From assembly GCF_030013205.1 (NCBI RefSeq), contig NZ_CP122648.1: a DNA stretch of 64,000 nucleotides; one strand, given 5' to 3'. Under the pieces are notes generated by a model, which saw only the letters and a program-made list of their open reading frames with translations, was not told where the DNA came from and did not search any database. The stretch comes from Escherichia coli (GTDB taxonomy: Bacteria; Pseudomonadota; Gammaproteobacteria; Enterobacterales; Enterobacteriaceae). Below are positions 56,382 to 64,000 of the stretch, in pieces (positions within the stretch are counted from its first letter, which is position 1; each line of letters opens with the position of its first letter). A program made the position numbers and the translations under genes.

Positions 56382-57326
56382 TTATTTATACAGATCTGCG
56401 CTGACGGTCAGGTTATTACCACGTTCCTGCCACTGGCGGGTGATGTGGTAATACTTAGCACCTTTCTTCGCGGCACGTTTCGCAACCTGATAGGAGACTT
56501 CGGTCATGTTGCCGTAGTTGCCAGAGAATTTGATGCTGTCGAACGGGACCATCATCGCTGCGGTCGCTTTGTTCAGTTCTTCGACTTTAGTGCCATCCGG
56601 GAGCGTGACGGTGTAACGCCCGCCTTTTGATGACTGGGTTTCAAAGAAGCGACCGACTTCAGAACTTGGTGATGCGGTAGTCGCAACACCCGGGATCTCA
56701 ACTTTCTTCGCGGCTTCGCCACCGGCAGCCAGAGCTGCACGTCCTGCTTCGGAATCTGCCGGGATCACATCCGGGCTCTGGACGATACGTTTCTTAGCAT
56801 CTTTTTTATAGATGAATGCAGTAATACGCTGGTTGCCGCCCTGGTTGGCATCGATTTGACGAACGATGTAGAAAGAGTAGGCACCTTTCGCTTTTGCCGC
56901 TTTGGTGATGGCATCATTGACTTCTGGCTGGCTACGATAAAAGCCCTGGACGGTGACCGTGTCAAACGGTTCAATCAGAACGGCCTGATCTTTCGGCAGT
57001 TCGACAACTCCGTTAATTACGCGATTACTTGTTTCTTCTGCTTTTTCAGCATCGGCTTTATAGAGGTCAGCGACCACACGCCAGTTACCGCTGTTACCAA
57101 AATCAGAAGTGTCGACAACATAAAAAGAGGCGGCACCTTCTTTATCTGCGCGACGAGAAACGGCTTTCACCGCTTCGCCAATAGCATTAAAACGACCGGT
57201 AACCACTACACGGTCAAAAGGTTTAACCGCTGCCGCTTGCTCCGGTGTCAGTTCTGTTGCTGCGTTAACGGAGAATGCCGTAGCAGAAAGCAGTGCCGAC
57301 GCCAGGAGGGTGTTCTTAAGCTTCAT
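56382..57326 (-). CDS. ydgH: DUF1471-repeat periplasmic protein
   Basis: 314-aa ORF with signal peptide and three internal repeat domains; synteny. Confidence 0.85.
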   Translation of the reverse strand: MKLKNTLLASALLSATAFSVNAATELTPEQAAAVKPFDRVVVTGRFNAIGEAVKAVSRRADKEGAASFYVVDTSDFGNSGNWRVVADLYKADAEKAEETSNRVINGVVELPKDQAVLIEPFDTVTVQGFYRSQPEVNDAITKAAKAKGAYSFYIVRQIDANQGGNQRITAFIYKKDAKKRIVQSPDVIPADSEAGRAALAAGGEAAKKVEIPGVATTASPSSEVGRFFETQSSKGGRYTVTLPDGTKVEELNKATAAMMVPFDSIKFSGNYGNMTEVSYQVAKRAAKKGAKYYHITRQWQERGNNLTVSADLYK

Positions 57327-57786
57327 AAAAATAATCCTTCGCCTTGCGCAAACCAGGTACTGGTATTGTTATTAACGAGAAACGTGGCTGATTATTGCAT
57401 TTAAACGGTGTAACTGTCTGCGTCATTTTTCATATCACATTCCTTAAGCCAATTTTAATCCTGCTCAAATGACCGTCTATGCTTAAAAAACAGCCGTATC
57501 AGCATCAATACTACTGAAGCAACTGAATTGTATAAGTTAATTTAATGTTAAGTAGTGATTCGTGCCGGGGCGATGTCTCGTTTTACCCGACCGTCGAAGA
57601 CAATTATCAGTCTTTATCCAGCGTTCTAAGGTGTTTATCCCACTATCACGGCTGAATCGTTAATATTTTGCGAGTTCACGCCGAAATACTGATTTTTGGC
57701 GCTAGATCACAGGCATAATTTTCAGTACGTTATAGGGCGTTTGTTACTAATTTATTTTAACGGAGTAACATTTAGCTCGTACATGA

Positions 57787-59382
<1,596 letters not shown>

Positions 59383-59389
59383 GGGGTAA

Positions 59390-60781
<1,392 letters not shown>

Positions 60782-60783
60782 AC

Positions 60784-60809
60784 GTGACGGCCTCTGCAGA
60801 GGCCGTCAC
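60784..60809. terminator. perfect-stem hairpin between convergent pntB and tqsA
   Basis: gtgacggcctc-tgca-gaggccgtcac then tctttatt; the tqsA stop codon lies inside the right arm. Confidence 0.65.
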
Positions 60810-61840
60810 TCTTTATTGAGATCGCTTAACAGAACGGCGATGCTTTGACCTCCCGCTGTTTGTTCAAGCGCAATTTTGACAATAATTGTCAACGGCACGG
60901 AAAGCAGCATACCCACCGGTCCTAACAACCATCCCCAAAAAATCAACGACAAAAATACCACCAATGTGGAAAGCCCCAGCCCACGCCCCATGATGCGTGG
61001 CTCCAGAATATTGCCGAAGACCAGATTAATCAGCAGATATCCCGCCAGCACCAGCAACGCTTCGTAGAAGCCATTAAACACCAGTACCTGAGCGATAGGG
61101 GGGATTGCCGCGAGAACTGAACCAATATTAGGGATGTAATTAAGCGCAAAGGCCAGCAATCCCCAGACAAAAGCGAAGCGAACATCGAGTGCGGCGAGCA
61201 TCGCCCAGGCGACCAGGCCGGTGATGATGCTGATGGCTGTTTTCAGCACCAGATAATGAGAAACACTGTCAATCGCACGCTGAATCGCCGCCATCCCTTC
61301 AACCGGACGCGCCATCATTTGCTGAAATTTTCCGGGCAATTGTGGCACTTCGAGCAGCATAAACAGCACCGTCAGCAGCAATAAAAATATTGATGACATG
61401 GCATTAGATAACTGCGTCAATAAGTTGGTGAGCAACGTCATCGCCGCGTTCGGATCAATGTAATGCGCCAGTTGGTCAACTGAGACATCAATCCCTACGC
61501 GTTGCAACAACGGTTCAATCGCTTGCAGCGGCGTCATAATAGAGTTGCGATATTGCGGTAACGTCCGCGTCAACTCGTTGAGCGCGGAACCCAGATAAGC
61601 TAACAGCAACACCATCGCCATCACGATGATGGTCATCAAAATCGACACCGCCAGTACACGCGGCACTCGCCAGCGGACCATGTGTTGCACCAGCGGGTTA
61701 AGAATAACAGCAATAAATAATGCGAGAATAAACGGCACGATGATCTCGGCGGCAAAACGGATACCGCAGAGAATAATGACCAGCATTCCCAACATAATGA
61801 CGATTTTTAGGCCATTGAGCGTGATGATCGGCTTTGCCAT
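60806..61840 (-). CDS. tqsA: AI-2 exporter TqsA (AI-2E family)
   Basis: 344-aa polytopic ORF; synteny. Confidence 0.9.
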   Translation of the reverse strand: MAKPIITLNGLKIVIMLGMLVIILCGIRFAAEIIVPFILALFIAVILNPLVQHMVRWRVPRVLAVSILMTIIVMAMVLLLAYLGSALNELTRTLPQYRNSIMTPLQAIEPLLQRVGIDVSVDQLAHYIDPNAAMTLLTNLLTQLSNAMSSIFLLLLTVLFMLLEVPQLPGKFQQMMARPVEGMAAIQRAIDSVSHYLVLKTAISIITGLVAWAMLAALDVRFAFVWGLLAFALNYIPNIGSVLAAIPPIAQVLVFNGFYEALLVLAGYLLINLVFGNILEPRIMGRGLGLSTLVVFLSLIFWGWLLGPVGMLLSVPLTIIVKIALEQTAGGQSIAVLLSDLNKE

Positions 61841-62251
61841 GCTTGTCCCCGTTTTTTCTTCCTTTGCTAATAATAATGTCTTTTTCGCTCCGTCATCATA
61901 ACGAAAATCAAACCGCTCAGGTAAAGAAGTGAAAATATTTTGAGTTAATTCTTAAGCTATGATACAAATCAGGCGTGTTCAACTACCGAGGACAATTATC
62001 ATCCGCGATGACGAGAAGCAACACTGCGGATAATTGTAATATTATGGACAATTTGTTCAGGACGTTATTTTCTACATTTACCCATCTTCGTACCTCATCC
62101 ACTATCTTGCTCGTAGGTGAGCAGCACTGGCGCAACGCGCTTTAGTCCTTTCTTCTGCCAAAGCTTGCGCTAAGCGCGGGGCTTGACCACTTTACTTTGG
62201 TTTCGCTGAATTAAGCGAAAATTAAAATAATTCTCTTGCAGGAGAAGGACA

Positions 62252-62617
62252 ATGTATATTTATTGGATTTTATTAGGCCTGGCTATTGCTACAGAAATTA
62301 CCGGTACGCTGTCCATGAAATGGGCGAGCGTCAGTGAGGGAAATGGCGGCTTTATTTTAATGCTGGTGATGATTTCTCTGTCGTATATATTTCTCTCTTT
62401 CGCCGTTAAAAAAATCGCCTTAGGCGTGGCTTATGCGCTGTGGGAAGGTATCGGTATTTTATTTATTACCTTGTTTAGCGTTTTGTTATTCGACGAAAGT
62501 TTATCGCTGATGAAAATTGCCGGGTTAACCACCCTGGTGGCCGGGATTGTATTGATCAAATCAGGTACCCGTAAAGCGCGTAAACCTGAACTGGAGGTGA
62601 ACCATGGCGCAGTTTGA
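62252..62617 (+). CDS. mdtJ: SMR-family spermidine exporter subunit MdtJ
   Basis: 121-aa four-TM ORF. Confidence 0.9.
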
Positions 62618-62933
62618 ATGGGTTCACGCCGCCTGGCTGGCATTGGCAATCGTGCTGGAAATCGTTGCTAACGTCTTTTTGAAATTTTCTGACGGCTTTC
62701 GTCGCAAAATATTTGGCTTGCTCTCCCTGTCGGCGGTGCTGGCTGCCTTTAGTGCGCTTTCTCAGGCCGTTAAAGGGATCGACTTGTCTGTCGCTTATGC
62801 ATTGTGGGGCGGGTTTGGTATTGCCGCCACGTTAGCCGCAGGTTGGATCTTGTTTGGTCAACGGTTAAATCGTAAAGGCTGGATTGGCCTGGTCTTGCTG
62901 TTGGCTGGAATGATCATGGTGAAACTTGCCTGA
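62604..62933 (+). CDS. mdtI: SMR-family spermidine exporter subunit MdtI
   Basis: 109-aa four-TM ORF overlapping mdtJ by 14 nt. Confidence 0.9.
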
Positions 62934-62938
62934 TGAAC

Positions 62939-62964
62939 ACGCTGCCCGCGCTGTCGGGCAGCGT
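62939..62964. terminator. hairpin between convergent mdtI and ydgD
   Basis: acgctgcccg-cgctgt-cgggcagcgt then ttgaacattattttt. Confidence 0.6.
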
Positions 62965-62971
62965 TTGAACA

Positions 62972-63793
62972 TTATTTTTGCGACAGTTGATCCAGCCTGT
63001 CGCGAAAACCGGTAACAGAAATGGCCCGGTTATCGGCGCGCCAGCGATCTTTCGCGGCAGGAGCCGAACTTTGCACCCCAATTAATTGCCAGCCGTCATC
63101 GGTATGCAACATCAGAGGCGAACCGCTGTCACCCGGCAAGGTATCGCACTGATGCGACATCACCGACGTTTGCGCCCAGCCAGTCACTTCACAGTTTTGA
63201 TGACTGTACAACGTATCGAGATGATCTTCAGGGTATCCCGCCTGAGTCACTTTACGACCTGCCGCTTTTAATGCGGCGGTAAGCGCGGCTTTATCTCCCT
63301 CAAATAACGGCAATGGTGTAATGCCAGAAGGGGGATTACGTAGCACAATCAAACCGAAGTCCCACGGCGCAGCTGCGGGAGGAACAATCCAACCATCCCC
63401 ATCTGCTTTTAACCGCTTTCCCAGTGTCGGGTCAACGCGGCCTTCTATGTCGTGGATCTCATAGCGCCAAAGACCTTTATTTGACACAAAACGCAGCGCC
63501 ACCGCTTTATCGGCTTTACCCTTTGGCGGCGTCAATAAACAGTGTCCTGCCGTTAATGCCAGATTGGGTGCAATCAGCGTCGCTGTACATAAATTGCCGC
63601 TGGCCGTTTCCAGTTGCCCAACCGCATCCCACGGTGATTGGGTCGTGTCATTCACTGGCACACGATCATCATGACCAAAAAACAGGGTGCTGACCTCATC
63701 GTTTGCCGATTTGGCAACGTCTGGTTTATCTGCAAACACAAAAGCAGACGTCAAACTAATTGCACCCAACACTACAGCAATGGTTGTACGCAT
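62972..63793 (-). CDS. ydgD: trypsin-like serine protease (secreted)
   Basis: 273-aa ORF with signal peptide, TAGHC and GDSGSP catalytic motifs. Confidence 0.85.
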   Translation of the reverse strand: MRTTIAVVLGAISLTSAFVFADKPDVAKSANDEVSTLFFGHDDRVPVNDTTQSPWDAVGQLETASGNLCTATLIAPNLALTAGHCLLTPPKGKADKAVALRFVSNKGLWRYEIHDIEGRVDPTLGKRLKADGDGWIVPPAAAPWDFGLIVLRNPPSGITPLPLFEGDKAALTAALKAAGRKVTQAGYPEDHLDTLYSHQNCEVTGWAQTSVMSHQCDTLPGDSGSPLMLHTDDGWQLIGVQSSAPAAKDRWRADNRAISVTGFRDRLDQLSQK

Positions 63794-63892
63794 ATCACAC
63801 TCTGGTGGGTAATTATGATTATTAAAAGCAAACCCTCATAAATACTATAGACGGGACGGGATGAAAGTGGGAGTAAAATCAGATAACTACGA

Positions 63893-63976
63893 TCAGGAAA
63901 GATAAAAACGGGCGGCAATCAGTGCGCATAAAATAAGGATGATAAGAATGAACTCAAAGCGATAACGGCCCACCAT
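63893..63976 (-). CDS. ydgU: 27-aa hydrophobic small protein
   Basis: Hand translation of minus strand: MVGRYRFEFILIILILCALIAARFYLS; below the ORF-track size cutoff; synteny upstream of ydgD. Confidence 0.6.
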   Translation of the reverse strand: MVGRYRFEFILIILILCALIAARFYLS

Positions 63977-64000
63977 ACTACCCTCCGCTAAAGGCGGTGC

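Overview
This window is a contiguous stretch of Escherichia coli core chromosome from the replication-terminus region, syntenic gene-for-gene with the K-12 interval ydgD–mepH (b1598–b1655 in MG1655 numbering, here reverse-complemented). I see no novel or accessory system: no integrase, tRNA/rRNA gene, CRISPR array, prophage or island. About 60 protein-coding genes are called by recognition of the translated ORFs. Order along the window: mepH(partial), grxD, lhr, rnt, gloA, nemA, nemR, ydhL, ydhF, sodC, ydhKJI, slyA, slyB, anmK, mliC, pdxH, tyrS, pdxY, gstA, dtpA, nth, rsxEGDCBA, ydgK, cnu, blr, IS1, ydgJ, add, malY, malX, malI, hdhA, uidR, uidABC, ydgA, manA, fumA, fumC, tus with TerB, rstBA, ydgC, folM, ydgI, ydgH, pntAB, tqsA, mdtJI, ydgD, ydgU. 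What stands out against this ordinary background: (1) two -1 frameshifts in homopolymer runs that split lhr and pdxY; (2) a complete 768-bp IS1 with intact flanking direct repeats 94 bp upstream of blr, which I do not recall in reference K-12; (3) a 96-bp tandem-repeat array inside rsxC with apparently one unit fewer than K-12; (4) a TerB site with one possible base difference from the sequence I remember. Gene identities and reference lengths are from memory; nothing was searched against a database. Hairpin and motif coordinates are hand-counted and may be off by 1-2 bp.
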